NCBI GenBank assembly: GCA_052327205.1
Contig: CM126204.1
Span: 327,856,001-327,920,000 of the forward strand
Direction of reading: 5' to 3'
From: Somniosus microcephalus
Lineage: Eukaryota
Length of the DNA stretch: 64,000 bases
The notes beneath the pieces were generated by a model. The model worked only from the letters and a program-made list of their open reading frames with translations. It was not told where the DNA came from and searched no databases. The position numbers and the translations under genes are program-made. Positions 36,401 through 49,078 of the stretch are shown piece after piece (the stretch's first letter is position 1; every line of letters begins with the position of its first letter).

Positions 36401-37469
36401 TAATTTGAAATTCACTATGAATACATTTAGGAGGCCAACAAAACATGTGCTATTATGGGGCAAATGGAAAGGGAACATTAGAGAGGGTGTGTTTTGTGTG
36501 ATTTCTGTTAGCGAAGGACCCAGAACCAAGTGCAAATTGCACTGATATCTCGGGTTATCAGGCATCATTGGCTCTACTGTAGCTATATAAAAATAATTTG
36601 TTAAAGCCAAAGCCTTTTTAAGGCATAAACTTTACTAAAACAAAACCACTACTAAATCAACTGAATGTCCAATGCATCCAGACATGGAAAATATTGGGGC
36701 ATCATATTTTCCAATGGGAATGATAACTGACCGTTGTTGACACTGAATAAAAAACACTGCAGTTTATTTATAGGAAAAATAAACATATAAATCCAGTGAT
36801 TCCTTAATGCTTGCTGTGTATGCAAAGCTTTAAAGATTTTTTGATTCTTGCCCCAACTTCAAACCTTTTCCATACATTGACCGAAAAAGTTTGGCCTTAA
36901 CCCCTCCCCCATCTCGCTAATCCAGAAGCTTTCAGGATCCAATACAATTTTACACAACACGTCTGTGTCTCACTCTATAGAAATTGGGCTCCTTTATCTA
37001 CAAGCCTTCATAATCCAATAAAACATGCCACCCACAAATTTGTTCAGATAGTTGAGTCACAGCTGTATATCATTACAATTAAAACTGTGAATTGAAACAC
37101 CACATGCATGCAGATAAGGGCATTCTGTGTAAGTCTAAAAGCAAGCTGGATCAGCGCCAATTGAGAGTAAAGGCTGTCTCTACAACTCTCATTTACACTG
37201 CCCACTTCACTCACGCTGTGTGTGCTTCTTTCCCAAATTCACTCGGTGCATGTGGGTGTGTCTACCTTTTAAGTCTCACTGGGCGTGTTTCTTTCTCGCT
37301 TCCTTCTTCACACTTTTGTAGGTCGCAAACTCCCGCTTGTGTGCTTTTCTTTCAAACATGTACACGTTCAGTTGTTTGAAAGTTGCAATTGTCATTTTCA
37401 TTTCTGGCCACTGCAACTTCCCTTTAGCTACACAAAGTCCATATAGGCCTGGTGTCGTGCACCATAGGT

Positions 37470-38130
37470 GGCAGCCACCGACCCCATGCCGTCTCCATCA
37501 CAAAGACCACTTACTTCCACCTCTGTAATATCGCCCGTCTCTGCCCATGTCTCAGTCCATCTGCTGCTGAAACCCTCATCCATGCTTTTGTTACCGCCAG
37601 ATTCGACTATTCCAATGCTTTCCTGGCCAGCCTCCCCTCTTCCACCAATCCACCTTCCATAAACAAGAGCTCATCCAAAATTCTGTGGCTGTATCCTAAC
37701 TCACACCAAGCCCCATTGATCCATCACCCCTGTGCTCGCTGACCTACATTGGCTATCGGTCCAGCAATACCTCAATTTTATAATTCTCTTCCTCATGTTC
37801 AAATCCCTCCATGGCCTCACTCCTTCCTATCTTTGTAATCTCCTCCAGCCTTACAACCCTCTGAGAAATCCGCGTTCCTCCAATTCTGGCCTCTGGTGCA
37901 TCCCCCCCACTTCCTTTGCCCCATCATTGGTGCCTAGGCCCAAAGCTCTGTAATTCCCTCCCTAAGCCTCTCCACCTCTCCCTCCTCCTTTAAGACACCC
38001 CTTAAAACCCACCTCACCTGTGCTTCTTTGGCTCAGTGTCAAACATTATTAAAAAAAACTCTCCCGTGAAGTGCCTTGGCACGTTTTACTACGTTAAAAG
38101 CGCTATGTTAAATGCAAGTTGTTGTTGTTG
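37470..38130 (+). mobile_element. L2 LINE 3' fragment
   Basis: SITKTTYFHLCNIARLCPCLSPSAAETLIHAFVTARFDYSNA, with tail aaatgcaagttgttgttgttg. Confidence 0.85.
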
Positions 38131-39281
38131 CTGGCTGCACAGGGAAAACCACCAGACAAGTGGGAGGCAGTAACAACACCTCAGTTACCCTTTGACAGTG
38201 CGACTGGAGCGAAGGTTGGTAGTGGCAGCTGCACTATGATACCGAGGGAAGGGGTCTGTGTCTCTTGGTTTCGCTTTCATTCCATGTGTTTGTGCCTCTC
38301 AGGGGTTTGGCTTTCATCCCATATGTTTCTCCCATTTTTCACAATCTCACTATGTGTGCATGTGTTGTTTATCTCTTTCTCATTAGGTGCTTTTACATTT
38401 ACTGTGCCGGTTATACGAGAGTGGGCCTCTCTCGCCAGTTTACATTTACAACCAGCTACATTCTCTGCAGACACTGGGAAGAGCAGAGCCAGTGAATATT
38501 TCTTCAGTTCACTAGAAGCATGAAAAAGTGAGTCTCTGCTGCCGCCTGAACAAGATAAGCCAATCGATTTAAGCAAGTGGAGCCAATGACAAGGAAACGG
38601 CGTGGCCCGTCAGCTTAAATTTTATAATGTAAAAAACACCTATTCTTTCACTATCTGCGTCTCCTTCTCACATTCACCTGTCAAAAATGACCCATCAAAA
38701 CACCCACATAGCTGTGTGTGCATTAACTCAATCACTGTTTCTATTACAGTATAATGTTAACATATGCATTTGGTGGCACTACAGTACCAGTTAACATAGA
38801 ATTAAAACCGCTCTTGATTTTACATAATTAAAGAGGCTTGTCAAAATAAGTGCCTTTTGTTTTCTATTACCTACACTCAGGTTTTCAAGCCAATTCCTCA
38901 TATAATAGAAAAGATATTCAATATTATTAGACACAGAAATATCTAGACATGAGCAGCACTGAACCTCTTCAAGTTATCAGAATAAGTCTCAGTAATTGTT
39001 ACCATAGGAAAGTGTCTTGCAACACGACATTCTTATACAAGGGAGCAAATAATGGGTGGTATGATGATGTAATTTCCTTGTCATTCATGTCTGCCTCAAT
39101 CTTTGTTCTTTTAAGCCTCAATAAAAATTAAAATGAAAACTACATGCAAAAGCCTCATCTCCAAAGTTGGAGATGCAGCAGGTCAATTGTAAGCCTCAGC
39201 ACAATACAACTTGCATTTAAATAGAAAACACTTTACAAGAGAGGTAGGAAATAGATGGGATTAACGAGGACAGTACAAAAG

Positions 39282-39994
39282 GGGGGAGAAATTGGGTGAG
39301 TAGCGCCACCTGTTAGCGCCTAAAGAGGCAGTCAGTGGCTGTAGCGCCACTGGCTGCGTCTCCCGCGATATTCAGCAGGGGCGCTAATGGTGGCGTTAGG
39401 CATTTGCGCTGCGCCGCCACCGATGACGTCATCGGTGTGCGCAGCGCCCCATTCGTGCCCCGTTCGCGATATTTGGTAGCGAACGCCGCAGTTGCGCCGC
39501 TTGCTACCCGCGCCTGGTTCACGGGGCCTTACTGTGCCGGCAGCGGCGCAAGTTAAGGTGGAGGTGCGGGGCGGCCGCTTTTCCGGCGGCCGCCTGCCAG
39601 CACCTCTGTCCGCGGCCTCCTAACGCCCCCCCCCCCCGCGGCATTGCCGGCTGTTTCCCGAGAGCCCGGCACTTCTCCTTGGTGCCGGGCTCATTTGCCG
39701 GCACTCGCGATCGGGGCTCGCGCTGTTGCAGGCACCTCCCCCTTAACAGTGGGAGGAAGGCCTGCAGTACCGCAGCGTGCCGTGCCGCAGCGTGTGGCGC
39801 TGCGGCACGTTGTGCTGCGATAATCAGTTTCAGCGCCCTAAGAGGGACGCGGAGCGCCTCGAGCCTCGCCCCGTGTCCCTCGAGGGGCAATGAAACTCAA
39901 TATCTGGCGATTGGTATCACTCCGATCGCTGCGCTAAATCCTGCGCTCCGCCGACTTTTGCGCCACTTTGGCGCCCCAACCCAATTTCTAGGCC
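39282..39994. mobile_element. GC-rich 713-bp MITE, copy C (inverted relative to B)
   Basis: Ends gggggagaaattgg / ccaatttctaggcc. TSD AAG at 39279-39281 and 39995-39997. The body is the reverse complement of B. Confidence 0.88.
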
Positions 39995-40359
39995 AAGGAT
40001 TTAAAACGAGAGGCGGGAGAGATGGAAAAAGATAAGGTGCCCGAGGAAGCAAAAGGTGCCGCAAGATTGAGTTAAAGAACAAGGTGGCACTTGGCACAAA
40101 CTTTCCTGGCACTTTTCAGACCAAGTTTAAGGACCAGGCTGTTCTCAGTGCTGAACTTGCCAACAAATCCCATAGCTTTTGGAGCGACGGCTTTCCTGAG
40201 AAATTCTGGGCAGAGTTTAAAGATTATGTAAAACTGGCCCCACAGCCTTGGTCAATTAGGATAGGGTAAGCAGTGTGGTTGTTCAGTAAATTGAAGTTTG
40301 CGCTCCCATGGGCTGGGAGGGACTAAACTCCAGGCATTGATTTGTGCTGGTCATTTCAG

Positions 40360-41268
40360 TTGGGCCTTACACTAAACATCCGTAAGACAAAGGTCCTCTA
40401 CCAACCTGCCCCCGCCACACAGTACTGCCCCCCGATTATCAAAATCCACAACAAGGCCTTGGACAATGTGGACCACTTTCCATACCTCGGGAGCCTACTG
40501 TCAACAAGGGCAGACGTCGATGACGAAGTCCAACACCGCCTTCAGTGTGCCAGTGCAGCCTTCGGTCGCCTGAGGAAGAGAGTGTTTGAAGACCAGGACC
40601 TCAAACCCAGCACTAAGTTCATGGTCTACAGAGCAGCAGTGATACCCGCCCTGCTGTATGCCTCAGAGACATGGACCATGTACAGCAGGCACCTCAAAGC
40701 ACTGGAGAGGTGCCACCAACGCTGCCTCTGCAAGATCCTGCAAATCCATTGGCAGGATAGACGCACCAACGTCAGTGTTCTCGCTCAGACCAACATCCCC
40801 AGCATCGAAGCTTTGACCACGCTCGATCAGCTCTGATGGACGGGTCACATCGTCCGCATGCCCAATACGAGACTCCCAAAAACAAGCGCTCTACTCGGAG
40901 CTCTGACACGGCAAGAGAGCCCCAGGTGGGCAGAGGAAATGCTTCAAGGACACCCTCAAAACCTCCTTGAAAAAGTGTAACATCCCCACTGACACCTGGG
41001 AATCCCTGGCCCAAGACCGCACAAAGTGGAGGAGAAGCATCCGGAAGGTGCCGAACACCTCGAGTCTCTTCACCGGGAGCAAGTGGAAGCCAAGCACAAG
41101 CAGCGCAAGGAGCGCACGTCAACCCAAGCACCCCACCCACCCGCCCCTTCAACCACCGTCTGCCCCACCTGTGACAGAGACTGTAGGTCCCGCATCAGTC
41201 ACCTGAGAACTCATTTTTAATATGGAAGCAAGTCATTCTCGGTTCCGAGGAACTGCCTAAGAAGGAAG
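40360..41268 (+). mobile_element. RTE-clade LINE 3' portion
   Basis: LGLTLNIRKTKV...HFPYLGS...ASAAFGRL...LLYASETWT, AQDRTKWR and a C-terminal CPTCDRDCRSRISHLRTH zinc finger. Contains an in-frame stop and frameshifts. Confidence 0.9.
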
Positions 41269-41711
41269 GTCAGTATTTCTTCTGCAAGTTAGTTCGTTGG
41301 AGGAATGTTGACAGCTTTAGCTCAGCAACAGCCAGACAGTCGGACAAGGTGGCTGACTGCGTGCGTCCCCAACACCACGAGAAATCACAAGCACTTGTCG
41401 GAGCTGAGGATAACGGGAATGGGATCATTTCGGATCTTCTCCTACAACTTTTAAAAAAAAATGGATAGGCTTTCAACAGCTTGACTTCCAAAATCCTCTG
41501 GCAATTAAAGAGCCAATGTCACAAGCAGCAGACTTGCTAATATTTTATCAGCTCAAAATCTGGACAGGTCTAAGGTAGAGGTAAGGGTGAGAGAAGGGAG
41601 GTGTAAATAATTGGGGCCAGAGTGAAATACTGTAGTGTCAAGCGAGTTGGAGATGTTTCTTACAGGAAGCAAAGGTACTTAAAATGAAATTGAATGCGTA
41701 GTTCTGAATAT

Positions 41712-42061
41712 CACAGAAATCACAGAAACCCCACAGTGCAGATAGAGGCCATTTCGGCCCATCGAGCCTGCACCGACACATATCCCACCCAATCCCCGTA
41801 ACCCCTACACCAACACATATCCCACCCTATCCCCGTAACCCCACGTATTTAATTCCCCTAACACTAAGGGTCAATTTATCATGGCCAATCAACCTAACCT
41901 GCACATCTTTGGACTGTGGGAAGAAACCGGAGCACCCGGAGGAAACCCACGCAAACACAGGGAGAATGTGCAAACTCCACACAGTCGCCCGAGGCCGGAT
42001 TCGAACCCGGGTCCCTGGCGCTGTGAGGCAACAGTGCTAACCACTATGCCACCGTGCTGCC
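41712..42061 (-). mobile_element. HE1-type V-SINE
   Basis: V-domain tttggactgtgggaagaaaccggagcacccggaggaaacccac, tRNA-like head and CR1-like tail. Confidence 0.88.
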
Positions 42062-42964
42062 CTATGGAATATGGCTGCTGAAATCATGAGTGGGTTGAAA
42101 AAAAATATGCTGGTTGACAAATAAGTATCAGAACCCCTCATGCCGTGAATGTGTTGCAAATAGATTTTGCTGCTTTCAAATCATTTATAAATTTTTTTGT
42201 TGGCTACTTGTTTAAACAAAGCCTGTTGCTATGGCAGCATTACTAGACCCACCCCACACAAGAAGTACCGACCAACCATGCATGTTATCACTATGATGTG
42301 TCACTAGGACCAGTGCCATCCCATGCCACCCATTTACCATTAAATAATGTACTACATACCACTCGGGTCACATTACTCCTACGGCAGCAAAGGGATCATC
42401 ACTAGACTTCAAGCAATCCAAATTATCCCTAGCTTATTTGCTACAAGACATCACAGGGTTCTAACAGTTCAGCATAATACATACCCCATTGCTGCGGTAT
42501 GCCACAAAGAAAGAAAGACTTGAACTTACCATGTCTCTCAGAAATGTCTCAAAGTGCTTTGCATACAATGAATTACTTTGAAGTGCAGAGACTGTCATTA
42601 TGTATACACAAGGCCCCAATGTATCCATTCTTATGCTATTTTGCAAGCCCCCCTCCCCTTCAAGTACCCCATGCAGTGTTGTACTTAACAGATGTTATTC
42701 AAAAGCTCATGTCATAAGAATTATGACGGAGAATATAGGAATGAGAAGATTAGGAACAGACTATTATATAGTGGGGCTGTGCCTGTTAACTCTAAGCTAC
42801 TGGGAGAGGTCTGTTACCAGTATCTGCATTTCACCTACACATGCAAAAGCTAATACTTTTTTTTGGTCTGGACATTGATACAATCTAGACAAACTTTCAC
42901 ATACTTTACAGCTCACTATTAAATTCTGTATGAGGAATACCGAAGAGAGGCGTTGAAACCTTAC

Positions 42965-43277
42965 CTCTCAACCAGTCTTGAATGTAATGCAACCACATTT
43001 TCGGCAACTCCTTATTCTCTTCACGAACAATGTATTTGATATTATTGAAACTCTTGTGCAAGTCATACAGCAACTTCTGGGATGTGGGATAATCAAACCC
43101 TCCCATGGAGACGATGTACATGTTATAGAAGGAGAAATACTTGAACTGGGCTGCAATGAAATCGTACTCCTTGGTCTCACGAGGAACAATGTCTGTAAGG
43201 TACAGCCCATCATGAACCATGGTAGTTCCATAAAGGCTCATCCCAAGCAAGGCCATGAAGAGGACTAACACGACAAC
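42965..43277 (-). CDS. ptch2: Patched-2 exon 15, 313 bp
   Basis: [54 protein letters not shown]...[14 protein letters not shown](G). Confidence 0.95.
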
Positions 43278-43307
43278 CTGGATTGTTAAATAAAACCATA
43301 CATCAAT

Positions 43308-43331
43308 GAATAAATAAATAAATAAATAAAT
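43308..43331. repeat. (AAAT)n microsatellite just upstream of the exon 15 acceptor
   Basis: Directly visible. Confidence 0.9.
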
Positions 43332-43367
43332 AGCTTATTTCAAATCTGAGTTCAACAGATGTCATTT

Positions 43368-43555
43368 AGAAACATAGAAGATAGGAGCAGGAGTAGGCCA
43401 TTCAGCCCCTCGAGCCTGCTCCGCCATTCAATGTGATCATGGCTGATCATCCAAATTCAGTACCCGATCCCTGCTTTCTCCCCATACCCCTTGATCTCTT
43501 TAGCCTTAAGAAATATATCCAACTCCTTCTTGAATATATTTAATGTATTGGCCTC
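43368..43555 (-). mobile_element. CR1-type LINE 3' fragment
   Basis: agaaacatagaagataggagcaggagtaggccattcagcccctcgagcctgctccgccattcaat. Confidence 0.75.
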
Positions 43556-44032
43556 TATTCTGAATAATAAGGCTTTATATATTTTTTAAAAATTTATATA
43601 CCTTTGCTCTGCCACGGAACCTTTAGGAGGGAGGAAAGGATAGTCGGGACTGCTGAGTACATGAGGTGTTCCTTTTAGTGGGCCCTGCTGTAAACCAGCT
43701 AGTCCAGGCTACTGGGCCACACTAGCGTGAATACTAACCAGGACTGGAATTTGAACCTGGGTTTTTTGTTGTCGAGTGCCCAGTGCTGCCACACTAGAAT
43801 TATTTGTCCTTGGACAACATTTCTATAATGAAGCAGCAAGCATGTTGTGAAAGTCCACAGCCATTCTCCCGACAAGCCAAAGGAAGACAATGCCGAGACA
43901 GGAAGGCAAAGAAAGGGATTTACAAATGAGTGATGAAATCATAAGGTCATGGTTGGCACCAAGTGGCAGGATACAGAGTCACGTTCAGTGATTTCCCCAA
44001 AGGCCAGGTGCCTGATATCAGTGTCTATCACA

Positions 44033-44620
44033 GGAACCATCATAACCATCATAATCCATCATAATCAACTTTATTGTCATTGTTAGTGCACAAGTGCAGT
44101 ACAACGAAATGTAGGCTTGCGGCTCCCGAGAGTGTACATTTAGATTAAGACATTTAAACATTCAACATACATTTGGCTTGTAATACATTAACATAAACAT
44201 AACCATAATAAAGATGTGCAGGTTTTAGAGTTTATTTGTGGAGTTCAGTAGGATGACAGCCCTGGGAAAGAAGCTGTTCCTAAATCTGGTCATACGGGTG
44301 CGAATGCATCTGTAGCATCTCCCAGATGGCAGGAGGGCGAACAGACTGTGGCTGGGGTGGGTAGGGTCTTTGATGATGGACCGTGACCTCCGTAAACAGC
44401 ATTTTTGGTATATGTGCTCTATGGTCGGTAGCCGGGTGCCGGTAATGCGTTGGGCAGTTTTGACTACCCACTGCAGGGCTTTCCGGTCATAGTAGCTACA
44501 GCTGCCATACCATACTGTGATACAGTTCGTCAGGATGCTCTCTATTGTGCAGCGGTAAAAGTTAGAGAGGATCAGGGGTGACAGGTTACATCCCTTCAGC
44601 CTCCTTAGGAGGTAAAGGTG
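44033..44620 (-). mobile_element. Rex1/Babar LINE 3' end
   Basis: LYLLRRLK...FYRCTIESILTNCITVWYG...IIKDPTHPSHSLFALLPSGR...FRNSFFPRAVILLN, followed by AATAAA and a short tandem-repeat tail. Confidence 0.88.
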
Positions 44621-44781
44621 ACGAATGAGTTCAGCTCTCATACTACAGGTTGTAAATCAGCATTAAGGAGGTCTGGGACCAAATCACCAGTTGAAAATTG
44701 GTATGTGGCAAATGGAAGGTGTAAAGAGGAAAAATAATAATAATGTATAATATATATTTTTTTTTAATTGAAAGACACATG

Positions 44782-45458
44782 GGGGGAAAAATTCAGTATC
44801 GTCCCGTTTGGGGCGCCATTATCGGCCGTGTGCAAAGTTTAGCGCCTGGCGCTAATTATCGCCTCAGACAGCAAACTTGGCTTTTATTGCCCCTGGAGGT
44901 GATTGGAGCGCTAAATCAGGCACTTCACACCTGTCTTAAGGCGCAAAGGCCGAGGAGCGAGGCGCTACCTCAGAGCGCTGGCGAAGCAAGGAAGGGCAAA
45001 TCAAAATAAACCTGCAAAGTGCTGCTCAGTACTCAAAACTCCTTCACACAGCGTTGAATCTCTCCAGAAGTCTCCCTCTCTCTCTCTCAGAATGCGTGGT
45101 GCAAAAATGTCACCGACAAAAAAAGGCAGGAAGCGGTCGCCTTTAAATAGCGCTCCCCCAGTCCCTTTCTGACAGCAAAACGCTCCCCTCAACCTGTCGT
45201 TGCTGGCAGCAGGCAGTAAGGCAGGGGGCGCCACTCAATATCCAGTCCGGGGCGCTAACGGGGCGTTGCACACTTGGCTGACGTCACGATCTGCCGGCGC
45301 AGGAGATTGTGGCGGTAGTGTTTAGCGCCGCGCAAAATGTCTAGTTAATTTCGCGAGCAGCGCAAACATCGCCGCGCCCGGGCGCTAGTTGCTTTGCACC
45401 CCATTGGCGCCCTCTTAAGGCGCTAACGGGAGGCACAAACCAACTGAATTTTTCCCCC
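44782..45458. mobile_element. GC-rich 677-bp MITE, copy D
   Basis: Perfect 16-bp TIR gggggaaaaattcagt / actgaatttttccccc. TSD ATG at 44779-44781 and 45459-45461. Confidence 0.88.
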
Positions 45459-46039
45459 ATGGAGTTAGTTGGCATTTGGTTGGACAGTCGTTTTACCACT
45501 GGGACCGGTGTTTAAATATAGATCATGAAAGGCATCTTCGCTGACTGTGACTGGTATATGGAGTTAGGTCGCAGATCTGCCATGATCTCATTGAATGGCG
45601 GAACAGGCTCAAAGGGCTAAATGGCCTACTCCTGTATCTATGTTCTTATGTATCCTCACTGAAGTAAAGGGCAGGGTCAAATCAGTGCCAGTGGTCACTG
45701 CTTAAAACTATTTGGCTGTAATTGGTACTAATGTGACAGTCTCAGTCTCACCCAAGAGAGGCCACATTGGAGCAATAAATGGTGCTCTTCTGAGTTTTGG
45801 GTTAGGAGAATATTGTGCAGAGAATTTTCAGTGTAGAGTGTTCTCTCTTCTCTTTACCTTCCCACCACCACATTTACGATTTCAGGGAGAAGAATTCAGT
45901 ATCATTGTTGGGTCAGAGATGGGTGAGAGCTTAACCTTGTATCTAACCCATGCAATATCTGAGCAGGCAGTGCCTGATACTAACGCTTGGTACAAAAATG
46001 GTGAAAACCATTCCATTTCCAGCACTCCCCCCCACCACC

Positions 46040-46378
46040 AATTTATTCCCTATCTCGCCCGCTGAGGGCAGTGACTCATGCTATGGTGTCATTACACAGA
46101 TCCCAGCATGCTTCCAGTGCCTTGTCCAAGTGGCCAATCTTCATGTGGAAATCTTTCCAGCTGAGCCGACTCCTGACCACACCCAAAGATTTACTAGATA
46201 ACGTTCAAGAATGAGAACACTCCCCCGGTGACACTCAGGTTAATTGTGGGTCCCCACTCCCATTCTGCCATGAAATTAGATAACTGAGCACAAGCCAGTG
46301 ATCAACCCTTTTCAGTCTGTATGGCTCAGTGCCATATTGTGTGGTGCATTTAAATGCCCACTGAGCCATTGGTGGGGG
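46040..46378 (-). mobile_element. LF-SINE-like element beside the exon 14 donor
   Basis: ccaagtggccaatcttcatgtg...ctgagcacaagccag...tctgtatggctcagtgcc...cccactgagccat. Confidence 0.6.
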
Positions 46379-46452
46379 GCGGGGGGGCAGGGGAGACATG
46401 ATCTGCAAAATAATACATAGAAGGAATAGAAACATAGCTACAAATTGCTTAC

Positions 46453-46858
46453 TTTAGATTCCGTCTTGAGGAGGAGTGGAGCGTACTTGTCCCGTGCAAA
46501 ATCCGCCAGATTCCATTTGACAAAGGGCATCTGAACACAGTCCCTGCCGGCTTTCACCTCATCCATCTGGGCCAGCAAGTCCCTAGTTGAGCTAGTGGGG
46601 TCCATACCCTGGGAGCCAATGTGGTCTGCTGGAGGCACGATGACAGAAGGAGTCGAAGAGATCCGCGAAGTTGGAGAAATGATGGTGACAATGTGCTGCC
46701 CGGTGGGATCGCATTGGGTGAAGGCCTGCACTGTGGTGGTGATCTGAGTACTGTGGGTAAACGTTGGCCCACCATACGGAGAAGGATGGAAGTTATGGTT
46801 ATCATTTGCATCTGCAAACTCTTGTGGTTGGACCTGAATCACTCTTGTTGAGCAGAGA
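46453..46858 (-). CDS. ptch2: Patched-2 exon 14 (large cytoplasmic loop), 406 bp
   Basis: LCSTRVIQVQPQEFADANDNH...TSSTRDLLAQ...KWNLADFARDKYAPLLLKTESK. Acceptor ttccag|T, donor AAA|gtaagc. Confidence 0.94.
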
Positions 46859-47494
46859 CTGGAAAACAAGATACTTGTTCACATATAATCCATCCTATAC
46901 CTATATTATTACACATTATGATATATATTAAAACATTGAATAGCAACAATGCATGCCTGGGAATGATTATGAGCTAGTAATCTTATTGAGGAATTCAGAC
47001 ATCATCATAAACCATGAGAACTAAACTCGCTCGAATTATTTCTAACTATCCCCTGAATTAATTCCTGAAGTGAAATTATTGCCCTGAAATCACTCCTACA
47101 TATCCATTTTACGGTTGCTGAAAGCAGCTTTGTCCCATTTTTATCCCTTCGTAGGTAACAGCTGTCATGATGGATGCTAATGACTGAGATTGTTGATTAT
47201 TATTACAAGAAAATAAAGACGTCTTCACATACTGCTATTGTACCATTCCCTGGTTTAAAGGGCAGGTAGACAATGAGTCCCAAGCAATTCAGCAATCAGG
47301 TATTAAGAGAAATTTCCAGCCCTCCTGGTTTTTCCTTCTCCCCTTCCTTGATGACCTTGCCAACAGGGGTGAAATCAGTGAACACCAATAGCGCAGAACA
47401 GTTGATAGCGGATCGGCAGCACATTATACACCGTGCCAGATTGTTCAATGAAGAGAAAAATCGGGCGCAGTGCAAAACGGGCGGCTTTTAAAAA

Positions 47495-47898
47495 ATATAT
47501 TCATTCCTGGGAATGTGGGCATCACTGGCAAGGCTAGCATTTATTGCCCATCCCTAATTGCCCTTGAGAAGGTGGTGGTGAGTTACCTTATACAACTGAG
47601 TGACTTGCTAGGCCATTTCAGAGGGCAGTTAAGTGTCAATCACATTGCTGTGGGTCTGGAGTCACATATAGGCCAGACCAGGTAAGGGCAGCAGATTTCC
47701 CTCATTAGTGAACCAGATGGGTTTTTACGACAATCCGGTAGTTTCATAGTCACCATTACCGATACTAGCTTTCTATTCCAGATTTTTAAAAAAATGTAAT
47801 TAACTGAATTTAAATTCCCCAGCTGCCGTGGTGGGATTTGAACTCATTAGTACAGGCCTCTGGCTTACTAGTCCAGTAACATAACCACTATACTACCA
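47495..47898 (-). mobile_element. tRNA-derived SINE inserted into a MITE (about 47366-47954)
   Basis: Minus-strand head ggtagtatagtggttatgttactggactag...gttcaaatccc. Host MITE ends are ggggtgaaat and atttcacccc. Confidence 0.7.
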
Positions 47899-48206
47899 AA
47901 TCCTTATTCACTTTAGCACTTTTTGCACTATTGGTGTTGACCAATTTCACCCCCACCGTGTCTTGGTAAGCATGGGCACAAATTCCTACATCTTTCTTAT
48001 CTTTCCATTACAACAGTGACTACACTCCAAAAGTACTTCATTGGCTGTAAAGCGCTTTGAGACGTCCGGTGGTTGTGACGGGCACTATATAAATGCAAGT
48101 CTTTCTTTCTTTCCCTTTGTAGTCCGGCCCTTTAGTCCACCACCACTTGGCCCTCGCAGTGGGTGACAATTGTATCCGAGAACTTTACGATAAAAGCAAG
48201 CCTCAC

Positions 48207-48325
48207 CTGGAAAAGCAGCAGAAAATATCCAGCCTTTTATCTTCCCGCCGGTGAAGGTCCAGGCTTAAAATGGCAGGAAAGATGAGGAGCACCATGGCAA
48301 AATTAAACACCACAATTATCGCAGC
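48207..48325 (-). CDS. ptch2: Patched-2 exon 13, 119 bp
   Basis: Hand translation [39 protein letters not shown](S). Acceptor cacag|G, donor AG|gtgagg. Confidence 0.95.
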
Positions 48326-49069
48326 CTGTGAGGGGCAGGAACAGGAGATATTAATAATATTCTAGTACAATTGCAGACTGCTGGCTTAATTTCAAAATCT
48401 GCAAAACTAGGACTTTGAAAAGCTCTTGAAGGTTGGTGGGATGGGGGATGTGTGGGGAGAAGCTTCCATTCCTGAGGAAAATCAACAGCCCACCATGAAA
48501 ACTCTACTGCTATGCCCCTATACTGGCAAGAGAGGCACCTCCACACTGTATCTGGCATTATTTATCTTACTAACTTTTCCAAGTAAAAATTATACTTCTA
48601 TAGTGACAAATACAATTGGTGCTGGCTGCTTACTCCACTCTTACTTAGTTTACTAAGTGCTGTGCTGTCTTGCAAGACTGCTTACCAGCTAAGAGTGTCC
48701 CTTTAAGATATGGAAGAGGCACAGTTGTAAACCTATAGCTTCACTGTAGGCCCTAGGCCTCAGGCAAAGTGTTCAGAGAACAGCAGTTTCTGATTTCTAA
48801 CCAAGATATTTCTAGCTTTAACTGAGTTGTACTACAACCCACTTCCAGACCTCACTAAATCCACGTATTAAGCCAAAGAAAATATTAAATCACTAAAGGA
48901 TTTGAAGCAAGAAATCCCCCTCCCCAAAATGCCCCCCTTCTCCACACCCCTCCTCCACATAAACATTAATGTGAAGGAGGCTCCTAATGGTCACAGCAGT
49001 CTGATGTAAGTGAAAAAGGGGGGGGTGGGGTTGCCTGAGGCAGACATTATAATACGTTATTATCTCCCA

Positions 49070-49078
49070 GACCACCCA
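49070..49078 (+). promoter_or_regulatory. Perfect GLI consensus site GACCACCCA in intron 12
   Basis: Exact motif in apparently non-repetitive intronic DNA of a Hedgehog target gene. Function is unproven. Confidence 0.45.
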
